DNA of 64,000 bases from a virus. The notes under the pieces were generated by a model that was given only the letters and a program-made list of their open reading frames with translations, searched no databases and was not told where the DNA came from. Both the position numbers and the translations under genes were made by a program. This document shows, one piece after another, positions 49,286 through 58,268 of the stretch. Numbering within the stretch: the stretch's first letter is position 1; each line of letters starts with the position of its first letter. The DNA lies in IMG/VR virus record IMGVR_UViG_3300023110_000006; one strand, 5' to 3'.

Positions 49286-50929
49286 ATGGCAACGGATTTA
49301 GAAAACATACAGAGGCTATTAGATCGATTCAAAAGGCCTGTCCCACCCGGACCCGACTATCAAAATCGTTTAGCTGAAGAATTTGAGCTCATTCTCAATC
49401 AGCGATTCACTGATTACTTCCTACAAATCTGCGACATCATAGACTTAACTACTGACCTTACACACATGACACGTGGGTCAGCAGGTTCTAGCCTAGTATG
49501 CTACTTGTTGGGTATTACAGATGTAGACCCTATCAAGTGGAACATACCTGTGGCACGGTTCATGAACCCTATGAGGGACGACCTGCCAGATGTAGATATA
49601 GACTTTGAACATCATCGACAGACGGAAGTCATGGAAAGGATATTCCGCAAATGGCCAGGCAAAACTGCACGACTCAGTAACTACGTCACTTATAAAGAAA
49701 AGTCAGCTAGACGCGAAGCGGCTAAACGCTTAGGTGCCACAGGTAATCTTCCACGTAACTTTACATATGAAAGTGTTGGCGTTGATTCTAAAGAAGCAAA
49801 ACGCATAGAAAGAAAGTTACTAGGAAAGAAAAGAGCAATATCAAAACACTGTGGAGGCATCGTAATGTTCACTAGGCAATTACCTAAATCACTTATATCA
49901 CAAGATAACCAAATACTATTAGACAAATATGAAGTAGAAGACTTAGAACACTTAAAAGTTGACATACTAGCAAACCGCGGATTGTCGCAACTATTAGAGA
50001 TCGATCCGCATACAGAATTGGCGTCTTATCCGCGCACAGACGCCCGTACAAGCGCCTTATTAGCAAGAGGGGATGTACTGGGTGTAACCCAAGGAGAAAG
50101 CCCTGCTATGCGTAGATTGTTTAGAGCAATACAACCTACAAGCATGGAGGACTGTGTATTTGCTACAGCTATGATACGCCCTGTAGCAATGAGTGGTAGA
50201 CAAAAAGCCGCTATGTTTCAAGACTGGTCAAAAGAAACTGTACAAGATAGCATTGTATTTGAAGATGATGCTATAGATATTATAAGTAGTATCATCGGTG
50301 TAGATATGTATGAAGCCGATATGTATAGGAGGGCATTTGCAAAAAAGAATGATGAAAAGATTTTGGAATTTGTTGAAAGGCTCGGCAATAATCCGCGTAA
50401 GCAAGAAGCTATGGCGGCGCTTCAAGAACTATCAGGTTTCGGCCTTTGTAGAGCTCATGCAGTCAACCTCGGAAGACTCATCTGGGCACTCGCATACCAA
50501 AAGGCGCACAACCCGGAAGCGTTCTGGAGAGCAAACCTAAAACACTGTCAAGGCTCATACAAAGGTTGGGTGTATCAGTGTGAAGCACATCGTCGTGGTC
50601 TTGAAACTAAACCAGGATGGTGGCAACATGGATTTCCTAAAGGTATGGGTGTACGCCAGCAATGGTTAGACAGAGTAGAATTTGCAGGAGTAATAGCAAA
50701 TGGTAGAGTGTTTCGTGGACGTAACGGACGCTGGGTTACTTTTATTACTCTTGGAATAGGGTACGGTGAATACATAGATATAACTGTACAAAAACCTTTT
50801 GGTTACAGAGACGGCGACATTGTAGTAGGCAGTGGTCGTGTTAAACACCAAAACAATTCAGACTATATAGAATCAACTGATGCAGAACTGCATACATTTA
50901 CATCATGGAGAGAAAGATGTACTCGTTAA
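49286..50929 (+). CDS. dnaE: DNA polymerase III alpha-like (DnaE) lacking the PHP domain
   Basis: RGSAGSSLVCYLLGITDVDP, LPDVDIDF, KHCGG, LKVDIL, IRP, RAHA, C-terminal OB-like region; GAGG RBS before ATG 49286. Confidence 0.85.
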   Translation: MATDLENIQRLLDRFKRPVPPGPDYQNRLAEEFELILNQRFTDYFLQICDIIDLTTDLTHMTRGSAGSSLVCYLLGITDVDPIKWNIPVARFMNPMRDDLPDVDIDFEHHRQTEVMERIFRKWPGKTARLSNYVTYKEKSARREAAKRLGATGNLPRNFTYESVGVDSKEAKRIERKLLGKKRAISKHCGGIVMFTRQLPKSLISQDNQILLDKYEVEDLEHLKVDILANRGLSQLLEIDPHTELASYPRTDARTSALLARGDVLGVTQGESPAMRRLFRAIQPTSMEDCVFATAMIRPVAMSGRQKAAMFQDWSKETVQDSIVFEDDAIDIISSIIGVDMYEADMYRRAFAKKNDEKILEFVERLGNNPRKQEAMAALQELSGFGLCRAHAVNLGRLIWALAYQKAHNPEAFWRANLKHCQGSYKGWVYQCEAHRRGLETKPGWWQHGFPKGMGVRQQWLDRVEFAGVIANGRVFRGRNGRWVTFITLGIGYGEYIDITVQKPFGYRDGDIVVGSGRVKHQNNSDYIESTDAELHTFTSWRERCTR

Positions 50930-51606
50930 GACCTTTGAATAAAACAGAAATTATTAGTGTAGTAGGAGAACAAACTATTACAAATCTCGGATCAGAACTT
51001 GAAAGAAGAATAGGTCCTTGTAGAAGAGACCTAGCTAAAGGACGCCCGTTCCAGATTGCTAAAGAAGCATGGGAATATGCTCTTGCTGATGCTACTGAAT
51101 GGAATGGTGGTGAATGGGTAGGACACGGAAACAACCCAGAAGATGTACGCATGGGAAATAAAAAGTTTGATGTTAAAGGACTTGGCGGCAAGTGGACAGC
51201 TACTAGCGGAGAAGCAAGTGTAAAACAAACCCTTAGTGCAAGTGCAAGAATAGATGAAAGTTTTTTAGAACACGATAGTCTCAACCTATGGCAGGGTGTA
51301 GTAGAACCTTGGATGGAAAAGGTATTTGTAAACGATGAATACTACGTTACAGTGTTTTGGAGAAACAAACAAAGTTTAGATATACGTCTTGTAATGTTTG
51401 CTGTTGATCACGATCATAAACCTACGTATGATAAACAAAGTTGTGTGTTTAATAAATCTAGCACAATGATGGAACTTACAAATATTGTAGACCCGGAACA
51501 AGCAAGAATGTATGTTCTAAGAAGTAAACATCGTATGGAAATGCGTATCAAAGGTTCGTTTTTTAATGAGTCAGATTACTATGTAGATGTATATAATTTT
51601 AGTTAA
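50917..51606 (+). CDS. Hypothetical protein, possible PD-(D/E)XK nuclease
   Basis: WE...PED-x8-DVK pattern. Confidence 0.4.
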   Translation: MYSLRPLNKTEIISVVGEQTITNLGSELERRIGPCRRDLAKGRPFQIAKEAWEYALADATEWNGGEWVGHGNNPEDVRMGNKKFDVKGLGGKWTATSGEASVKQTLSASARIDESFLEHDSLNLWQGVVEPWMEKVFVNDEYYVTVFWRNKQSLDIRLVMFAVDHDHKPTYDKQSCVFNKSSTMMELTNIVDPEQARMYVLRSKHRMEMRIKGSFFNESDYYVDVYNFS

Positions 51607-51629
51607 TTACTGTATATAAAGGATTATAC

Positions 51630-52379
51630 ATGAACACAGTATGGGTATTTGGCGACAGCTATGCAGTAGATCACGGACAGGAATGGCAGTGGTTCAAACA
51701 GTATGCAAAACTAAAAGGCAAGGAATATAAAACCTTAGCCGATTACGGAGTTGCCAATAGTTGGATATCTATGCAAGTTTTTGAACACTATCACAACAAA
51801 GTGTTTCAACCTGGCGACAGTATTATTGTTGTAACTACACATTGTATACGTCATTGGTTCTTGTGGGATCATCCTAATGTATCTAACTATCAAAATATGA
51901 CACATCTTGATCCTAATCACTTTGGGATAAACAAAGAACAAATACATGCAATTGAGCTCTACTACAAACATATCCAAAGCGGATATCAAGATAGTTTTTT
52001 ATATGATGCAAATACTGCTTGGTTAAATCATTATGCAGAACTATTCCAACAACAAGGAATTGAAATGATAATCATACAAGGTTTCCCAAATGCTACAGAC
52101 ATACAACCGAAAGGTGCAAGAAATATAAAAGGATCTTTATTTGATAGTGTGTGTAGTTTAGAATTCAAAAGCCAAAAACATATGGACGAATGGTATGAAA
52201 GAGATGTTCCTGATCAAAGAGTAAATCATATGTGTAAAGACAATCATCAAGTATTTGCTCTTGCACTTGCTGATCAACAAGATATAGAATTAAATTCATT
52301 ACCATGGCGGCAAAATTTATTAAGTGTTAGTACAGAGGCGTTGCTTAAAGATCAACTGTCACCAAAACTACTAAGATAA
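51630..52379 (+). CDS. SGNH-like hypothetical protein
   Basis: VFGDSY, G.AN, NHM...NH. Confidence 0.5.
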   Translation: MNTVWVFGDSYAVDHGQEWQWFKQYAKLKGKEYKTLADYGVANSWISMQVFEHYHNKVFQPGDSIIVVTTHCIRHWFLWDHPNVSNYQNMTHLDPNHFGINKEQIHAIELYYKHIQSGYQDSFLYDANTAWLNHYAELFQQQGIEMIIIQGFPNATDIQPKGARNIKGSLFDSVCSLEFKSQKHMDEWYERDVPDQRVNHMCKDNHQVFALALADQQDIELNSLPWRQNLLSVSTEALLKDQLSPKLLR

Positions 52380-52400
52380 ATAAACAAAAGGAGACATTTG

Positions 52401-53471
52401 ATGAGTTCAGGAAGATTAGGAGCATACGATCTTACTGCTAATACACCTCAAAGTTTAGCACAAGGAAATACAGATCGTTTTACTGCTTGCAGTGTTAGTC
52501 TATGTAATCGTAACAACAGCAGTGTAAGAGTTTCTATAGCTATTACTACTACAGTAAACAATATAAGCCTACTAGACTATATTGATAAAGACCTAACACT
52601 AGAACGTAATGGTGTTCTTGAACGTACAGGTATTGCTATTAAAAGCGGTCAGTATCTTACAGTAGAAGCAGACACAGATAATGTAAGTGCAGTAGCTTGG
52701 GGCATTGCATCAGGTGATCCTATATCAGTTACTAGTATTCCACCAAACGGACCAATGGTTGAAGCAGTATCAGGTGGACTAATATTACCAGATGGTGTAA
52801 GTGTTCTTGCAAATCAATATAACACATCAGATCCTGCACTGTCATTTGACGGATCAGCACAAGCTGTAATTGAAAAAGCCTTTGACAGTTATCTAACAGG
52901 TGACTGGAGTTGGGAAGCAATTATTAGACCAAATGCATCAATCTTTACACCGCAAGAATCACAAAGTTTGTTTATGAGTGTAGGTGCCCTAACTGGTGCA
53001 GTAACGTCAAGACAACTAGCATGGATGACCAAGTTTCAGCAAAACAGCGGCGGCACAAACATTATTCAAAACGGATATGGTGACAACACTGACGGAACAG
53101 GTAACTGGAGTTACGCAAGCCAGAACGTTTCAATAACACCAGGCAATTGGTTGTACATCAAACACTACTTTGATGGTACTAACTGGCCTATAAGAGTATG
53201 GGATTATACTGCTGGAGCTTGGGTAACTAATCAAAACAGCCCAGGAATCACAGCAGGTGATTACGAAGGTATCACACTAGGACGTCCACCATTTGGACAA
53301 GTACAGCTACCAGGTAGTAGTGCATTCCAGGGTTGGGCAGGTGAAGTAGCAATGTTTAGATTCAAAAGCACAAGTGATCAAATTGATCCAGCTGTGTCAG
53401 GTGTACCTAACAACTATGACTCAGATGACGTTACACCTGAAGACATTATCATGTATTGCAAACAGGCGTAA
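52401..53471 (+). CDS. Putative virion protein with LamG/concanavalin-like C-terminal domain
   Basis: Late promoter; SVSLCNRN...VLERTGI N-terminus; DWSWEAIIRP, W..I...FDG. Confidence 0.55.
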   Translation: MSSGRLGAYDLTANTPQSLAQGNTDRFTACSVSLCNRNNSSVRVSIAITTTVNNISLLDYIDKDLTLERNGVLERTGIAIKSGQYLTVEADTDNVSAVAWGIASGDPISVTSIPPNGPMVEAVSGGLILPDGVSVLANQYNTSDPALSFDGSAQAVIEKAFDSYLTGDWSWEAIIRPNASIFTPQESQSLFMSVGALTGAVTSRQLAWMTKFQQNSGGTNIIQNGYGDNTDGTGNWSYASQNVSITPGNWLYIKHYFDGTNWPIRVWDYTAGAWVTNQNSPGITAGDYEGITLGRPPFGQVQLPGSSAFQGWAGEVAMFRFKSTSDQIDPAVSGVPNNYDSDDVTPEDIIMYCKQA

Positions 53472-53474
53472 GCC

Positions 53475-53954
53475 ATGCAACTAGAGTTTGGATGTGGAGA
53501 ACGACCAACACGTCCAGGCTACAAAACTTGTGACATAAGAAACTTACCCGGAATAGATTATGTTTGTCCTGCATGGGAAATAGATCATCACGTTTCTGCA
53601 AACACAGTAAGCCACATATGGAGTAGACACTTTCTTGAACATCTTACGTTTGCACAAGGTGAACTATGGTTACGTGCATGCCTACACATACTAAAGCCCG
53701 GAGGTGAACAACAAATTTGTTTGCCCAATATGGAATTCCATATACGTCAATGGCAACAACAAGACAACCTTGCACATGCAAGAGCAGGCTTTTGGGGTTG
53801 GCAAAGAGAAGGCGAGTCAGAACTATGGGACGTACACAAAAGCGGATACAATGCCAGTCAATTGATTGACCTTGTACACGAAATTGGTTATAAAAATGCA
53901 CATAGTCTACGCAAAGCAGGCGACAAGCATCTTGAAATAATCTGCTATAAATAG
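53475..53954 (+). CDS. SAM-dependent methyltransferase (type 11-like)
   Basis: LEFGCG, HFLEHL, ILKPGG. Confidence 0.8.
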   Translation: MQLEFGCGERPTRPGYKTCDIRNLPGIDYVCPAWEIDHHVSANTVSHIWSRHFLEHLTFAQGELWLRACLHILKPGGEQQICLPNMEFHIRQWQQQDNLAHARAGFWGWQREGESELWDVHKSGYNASQLIDLVHEIGYKNAHSLRKAGDKHLEIICYK

Positions 53955-53958
53955 TAGT

Positions 53959-54912
53959 ATGGCAAATGAAACCTTTACCCTAACCCTAGACGACCAAGGA
54001 AATAGTGTCAATGTAACAGTTGTTGACACTAGCCAAGACCCACCGGAAGGCAATCAAATATTTAGTGACGTGGGTACCCATACATGGACAGTACCTTCTG
54101 GCATAACAGAAATAAGTGCAGTAGCCATCGGAGGTGGTGGAGGTGGATTCGGACACTGGGATGTTGATGCTAACTATCTTCAGTCAGCACGTTCAGGTAA
54201 TGGTGGCGATCTAAGTTATGTAAACAGCCTTAGTGTAACTCCTGGAGAAGAACTTACAGTTGTTGTAGGAGCAGAAGGCCAAGGCCATAGCTATACAGCG
54301 GGAAGATTTAGTGGACCAGGCAACCAAGCTACTCCAGGCGGAAGCAGTTATATTCAAAGAGGCACAACTTTTTTATTGTGTGCTAGAGGCGGTTCAGCTG
54401 GAAGCAGTGTGTCAGAATCCAACGTAGGTGATGTAACCTATCTAGGAGGATCAGGTGCTAACAAAGGCGGCAGTCAAAATGGCGGACCAGGTGGCGGAGG
54501 TGCGGCAGGGTATGCACAAAACGGAGGCAACGGAAGGCCAGGTGGATTTAGTATATACAATGAACCAGGAACAACAAATGTAATCACAGGCGGTTCAGCT
54601 ACAGGTGGTAATGGTGCATTTGGACAAAGCTCAAATGGTTCAGGGGGCGGAGGTGTAGGCATAGAGGGCCAAGGCAACAACCCACCCAAGCAAAGTGGAC
54701 GAGGAGGCTCAGGTGGTTCTAATGCAAGTGGCGCACACGGAGGCGCATATGGTGGCGGCGGTGGAGGTGGTAAAACCTCTGGCGGTGGCACAGGTGACGG
54801 TGGACAGGGTGCAGTAAACATCTATTGGGGAGGAGCAGACTTTCCAGTACCTGGTCTAGGAGGCGGCACTGTAACAGTAGATTCAAAAGGAAGTCTAGCA
54901 ATCAAAAGCTAA
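53959..54912 (+). CDS. Glycine-rich virion/tail-fibre-associated protein
   Basis: GTHTWTVPSGIT.ISAVAIGGGGGG, VTPGE, GGQGAV.I.W; TATAAATA promoter. Confidence 0.7.
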   Translation: MANETFTLTLDDQGNSVNVTVVDTSQDPPEGNQIFSDVGTHTWTVPSGITEISAVAIGGGGGGFGHWDVDANYLQSARSGNGGDLSYVNSLSVTPGEELTVVVGAEGQGHSYTAGRFSGPGNQATPGGSSYIQRGTTFLLCARGGSAGSSVSESNVGDVTYLGGSGANKGGSQNGGPGGGGAAGYAQNGGNGRPGGFSIYNEPGTTNVITGGSATGGNGAFGQSSNGSGGGGVGIEGQGNNPPKQSGRGGSGGSNASGAHGGAYGGGGGGGKTSGGGTGDGGQGAVNIYWGGADFPVPGLGGGTVTVDSKGSLAIKS

Positions 54913-54921
54913 GGAACAACG

Positions 54922-56142
54922 ATGGCAACAGAAACTTTTACACTTACACTAGACGACACAGGTAACAGCATTGCTGTTAGTATATTCGATACCAGTCAAT
55001 CACCTACCTATCTACTGTCAAGCAATATTTCAAGCGTAAGCGAAGGTAGTACTGTTACTGTTACACTAACTTCAACAAATGTACCCAATGGAACAGATGT
55101 AGCATATACATGTACAGGAATCGACAGTGCTGATCTTTCATCAGGCAGTCTCACAGGAGTGTTTACTATTAATGGAGGCACAGCAAGTCAAGCGTTTACT
55201 CTAGCTTCCGATCTTGTTACAGAAGGCACAGAAACAATGACTGTTGCACTAGATAACGGAGGTGCTACACTAGACATTACTGTACTAGATACTAGCACTA
55301 CAACAGCAGGTCAAGAACTGTTTACAACAACTGGAGTTAACACATGGACAGTACCCGCAGGCATTACCAGTGTGAGTGTTGTTTGTGTAGGTGGTGGTGG
55401 AGGCGGTCAGTGTGGCCGTGGAACATCAGGTGGATCAGAAGTAGGCGGATCAGGTGGTGCTGGTGGTGGACTAGGCTATAGGAACAACATTTCAGTTACA
55501 CCAGGATCAACAATTACCGTGTATGTAGGTGCTGGTGGCGCAGGTGGTACTACTCAGACACAGCAGAGTGGTAGAAGCAATGGTGGCAGTGGAGAGGCAA
55601 GTTATTTTTCAAGCACGGCTGTGGTGGCAGGCTACGGTGGTGAAGGCGGCAAAAACGGCAACGCACAAGGTGGCAACTACTCAGGTGACGGTGGCGGTAG
55701 AGGCGGCACAGGCTACAACTCAAGCTCAGGATGGGACGGTTGTGGAGGCGGAGGTGCTGGCGGATACTCAGGTAATGGCGGCAATGGTGGACCCAACATA
55801 GGTGCCACAGGCCAAGGTGGCGGTGGTGGAGGTGGAAGTTCAGACCGCTACACATACACAGGAGCGTTTAGCCAAAGTGGTGGATACGGCGGAAGTGTTG
55901 GATCAATGGGTGAAGGAACCAGTGGCTCAGGCGGTCAATGGATCAACAACAATCCTGGTAGCGGTACAGCTGGTAGTGTAAAGAGCGGTGCAAGCTACGG
56001 AGGTGCAGGCGGACCAGGACGTATGATCGCATACTACAGTGCTACAGGAACAGCGGCCGCAGGTACTCGAGGTTATGTAAGAGTTGTTTGGCCAGGCACC
56101 ACACGGCAGTTTCCCAATACCAATGTAGACACAAATTTATAA
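54922..56142 (+). CDS. Glycine-rich virion/tail-fibre-associated protein with Calx-beta/Ig-like insert
   Basis: SVSEG..VT.TL...D.VTEGTE domain, then WTVPAGITSVSVVCVGGGGGG; paralog of the preceding gene. Confidence 0.7.
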   Translation: MATETFTLTLDDTGNSIAVSIFDTSQSPTYLLSSNISSVSEGSTVTVTLTSTNVPNGTDVAYTCTGIDSADLSSGSLTGVFTINGGTASQAFTLASDLVTEGTETMTVALDNGGATLDITVLDTSTTTAGQELFTTTGVNTWTVPAGITSVSVVCVGGGGGGQCGRGTSGGSEVGGSGGAGGGLGYRNNISVTPGSTITVYVGAGGAGGTTQTQQSGRSNGGSGEASYFSSTAVVAGYGGEGGKNGNAQGGNYSGDGGGRGGTGYNSSSGWDGCGGGGAGGYSGNGGNGGPNIGATGQGGGGGGGSSDRYTYTGAFSQSGGYGGSVGSMGEGTSGSGGQWINNNPGSGTAGSVKSGASYGGAGGPGRMIAYYSATGTAAAGTRGYVRVVWPGTTRQFPNTNVDTNL

Positions 56143-56149
56143 ATACACT

Positions 56150-56335
56150 ATGAGCTATACTATACGAACAGAACGTGCAGACGAATACACAGTATACAAC
56201 TATGTGAGTGGCGATGCAAGCCCTAGACAACTGTATGAATGGTTTCTAAGTCAACGTCCACGCTATGCCTCTGTGCCTACAGCATATGTACAGACCAGTG
56301 ACTCACCTAGAACCATACGCATATGGCTTACCTAA
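56150..56335 (+). CDS. Small hypothetical protein
   Basis: TATAAATA promoter 4 nt before the ATG. Confidence 0.45.
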   Translation: MSYTIRTERADEYTVYNYVSGDASPRQLYEWFLSQRPRYASVPTAYVQTSDSPRTIRIWLT

Positions 56336-56933
56336 CGTAGTCTACATTTCCTGAAACTACTATCCTAACATCGTCAGTTGAATAAAAAGGTGTGACACTG
56401 TGTGTCATTTCACAGGGGAATACTATCATAGTACGTTCCCATGATCGATCCACAGCTAGTTCATAGGGTGTTATCCTTCCCAAACTGTCTGTGTAGTGGA
56501 ATGCAAATGAGTGTAGCGCACCACTGGGTTTGCCGTTTGTTTCTCTCCACGCTTGTTCTTCTGCTTGTGTAAAAGGTACACGTATCCACAGTGCAAATGA
56601 AAATACGCCTCTGTGAGTGTGTGGAATCATATATTCTCCACGACTTTGAAAGTTTACCCAAGTGTCTGCAAGAGTAAGCTGACGATCTTCTACTGAGATG
56701 TGATTTGATTCACAGTAGGTGTCTACACAGGGCATAAGCAGTTGTACAACTTCGTTGCGAGCTGACGGTGTTACTATGCGATATTCTCTACTAACAACTC
56801 CCACATGTGAATGATCTATAGTGGGACTGGTAGCATAGTCTACAGTGTCAATCTCACGAGTGAGATTTTCTATGCTACTCTCTGGTACACTAGTCTGTAC
56901 AAAGCCGTTGTTGGGAAACACTATGTTCTTCAT
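56328..56933 (-). CDS. Putative 2OG-Fe(II) oxygenase
   Basis: WVNFQ..GEY..PHTH.GVFSF, FP..MTH.V.PF, RI.VSGN; start at ATG 56933. Confidence 0.8.
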   Translation of the reverse strand: MKNIVFPNNGFVQTSVPESSIENLTREIDTVDYATSPTIDHSHVGVVSREYRIVTPSARNEVVQLLMPCVDTYCESNHISVEDRQLTLADTWVNFQSRGEYMIPHTHRGVFSFALWIRVPFTQAEEQAWRETNGKPSGALHSFAFHYTDSLGRITPYELAVDRSWERTMIVFPCEMTHSVTPFYSTDDVRIVVSGNVDYVR

Positions 56934-56962
56934 ACAGTATATACCGAGGAAGCACAAGCCCC

Positions 56963-57037
56963 AAGCCACGAAGTGGTCCTGCGCCCAAAAAGCCGCGAAG
57001 CGGTAAGCACACAAGCGCGAAGCGTTTTCGCAGAAAA
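56963..57037 (+). repeat. Cluster of four GNA-triloop mini-hairpins
   Basis: CCAC-GAA-GTGG, CCGC-GAA-GCGG, CGC-GAA-GCG, TTTTC-GCA-GAAAA. Confidence 0.65.
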
Positions 57038-57238
57038 TAGCGGTAGTGAGATTTCTGAAGTACAACTGTACTAGAACACCCATTAAATCCTGTTTGGAAC
57101 TAACCTACATTTAAACACTATTCCGCCTTGACGCAATACACCGTAAATAGTGTTTTGTAAAAAGATGAGTCTTATTTGCAGTGATAGCTAGTACACAGTA
57201 CAGCAAACTCCGTTACTGTACACACACTAGTAGAGGGG

Positions 57239-57469
57239 TTAGTCTAGAACTCTAACAGTGTACAACGGATCGTCACTAAGCAGTAGTATAGCATATGACC
57301 GATCTCTTTCTGATTCGAATTCTAGTACACTAGCACTTGACTGCGTAGTGTGTATGTTGCGTATGAATAGCTCTATACCTTTGGCATGTGTTATACACTC
57401 TTTGAACTCTTGAGCAGTGCCCGATTCGAACACTAGTTTGAGTTTGTATGTTGTGTCTAGTTGTAGCAT
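57239..57469 (-). CDS. Hypothetical protein
   Basis: ORF MLQLDTTYKL...; start uncertain. Confidence 0.45.
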   Translation of the reverse strand: MLQLDTTYKLKLVFESGTAQEFKECITHAKGIELFIRNIHTTQSSASVLEFESERDRSYAILLLSDDPLYTVRVLD

Positions 57470-57476
57470 GAGGAGT

Positions 57477-57581
57477 TTATTGTAGAGGAGGTGAATAAAA
57501 CTCACACTGTGAACAGTTTGTATAGATTACAGTGACTACAAGTGCAAGTACAGCTAGTATGATGATTAGATTCTGTTGCAT
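57477..57581 (-). CDS. Possible 34-aa membrane peptide
   Basis: MQQNLIIILAVLALVVTVIYTNCSQCEFYSPPLQ, preceded by a TAAGTA late-like box. Confidence 0.3.
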   Translation of the reverse strand: MQQNLIIILAVLALVVTVIYTNCSQCEFYSPPLQ

Positions 57582-57788
57582 ATGTATACTTACCCGAAAT
57601 GGGTTCTTGACCCAAAAAAATTGGTCGCGCAAAAAATTATGGTGGAGTACTTATAGAACCTAGGTGGTGATTCTGCATCACCCCATTTTTTTTAGGCTTA
57701 AGGGCTGTAGCTAAGTGTTTGATTTTGCTGTAATATAACCCCCCGGTCTCGAAAAAAATTTTTTTTATTTTCTCCCCGATGGTCTTCG

Positions 57789-57822
57789 AAAAAAAAAACG
57801 GAGCAAGTCTCCCTGCTCCGTT
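57789..57822 (-). terminator. Rho-independent terminator closing the early-gene array
   Basis: Minus strand AACGGAGCAG-loop-TTGCTCCGTT followed by a T run. Confidence 0.75.
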
Positions 57823-57852
57823 CCAACACTAACTGTGTCTACTCGAGTTCTG

Positions 57853-58203
57853 TTAGTCTGCTCTGCTTCCCATGTAGGCCTTGAAGCCATACTTGCGTAG
57901 CACTTCAGCATAGGCCTGCGCTCCTACTTCTTTGCAGTCCATGCTCTGTCCGTTGTGCTTTGCAGGATCCCACAGTGTCATAGTCTTTGCACGGTAGCTC
58001 TTACGGAAGCCTACACTCTCAAGTGCCTTAGCTTCTTTAGAGTTAGTACGTTCTACTGCTACGTCTACCCAAGCAAAGCCACAGTACATTGGCTCACCGT
58101 ATTCGTTGCCACCTGTCTTAGCAGTCCAGTCTGTTAAGAATGTACCAACAGCGTTCTTAGCTGACTGTGTTGCTTCTGTGTGTATTTGTGTAATGTTTTG
58201 CAT
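57853..58203 (-). CDS. Early hypothetical protein
   Basis: CGFAWV...QSMD.KE.GA.AYA.VL...G motif; own promoter and GAGGGC RBS. Confidence 0.7.
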   Translation of the reverse strand: MQNITQIHTEATQSAKNAVGTFLTDWTAKTGGNEYGEPMYCGFAWVDVAVERTNSKEAKALESVGFRKSYRAKTMTLWDPAKHNGQSMDCKEVGAQAYAEVLRKYGFKAYMGSRAD

Positions 58204-58268
58204 TATGCCCTCCAGCGTTTGCGTTTGTTTATACTACTACTATATGATCAGTTGCTGTGTAAGTCAAC

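Noticed and set aside
42976-50929. The two DnaE-like genes as halves of one split or intein-interrupted polymerase
   Set aside because: Both contain the same catalytic motifs (PDxDxD, KxD, RP, AHA), so they are paralogs rather than complementary pieces; no intein motifs were seen.
54100-56050. GGN-rich repeats as DNA-level tandem repeats or a diversity-generating element
   Set aside because: Explained by glycine codons; no template/variable repeat pair or reverse transcriptase is present.
56934-57083. N-terminal 50-codon extension of the 56328..57083 ORF
   Set aside because: The oxygenase-like sequence starts at ATG 56933; the extension runs through the GC-rich hairpin cluster and looks non-coding.
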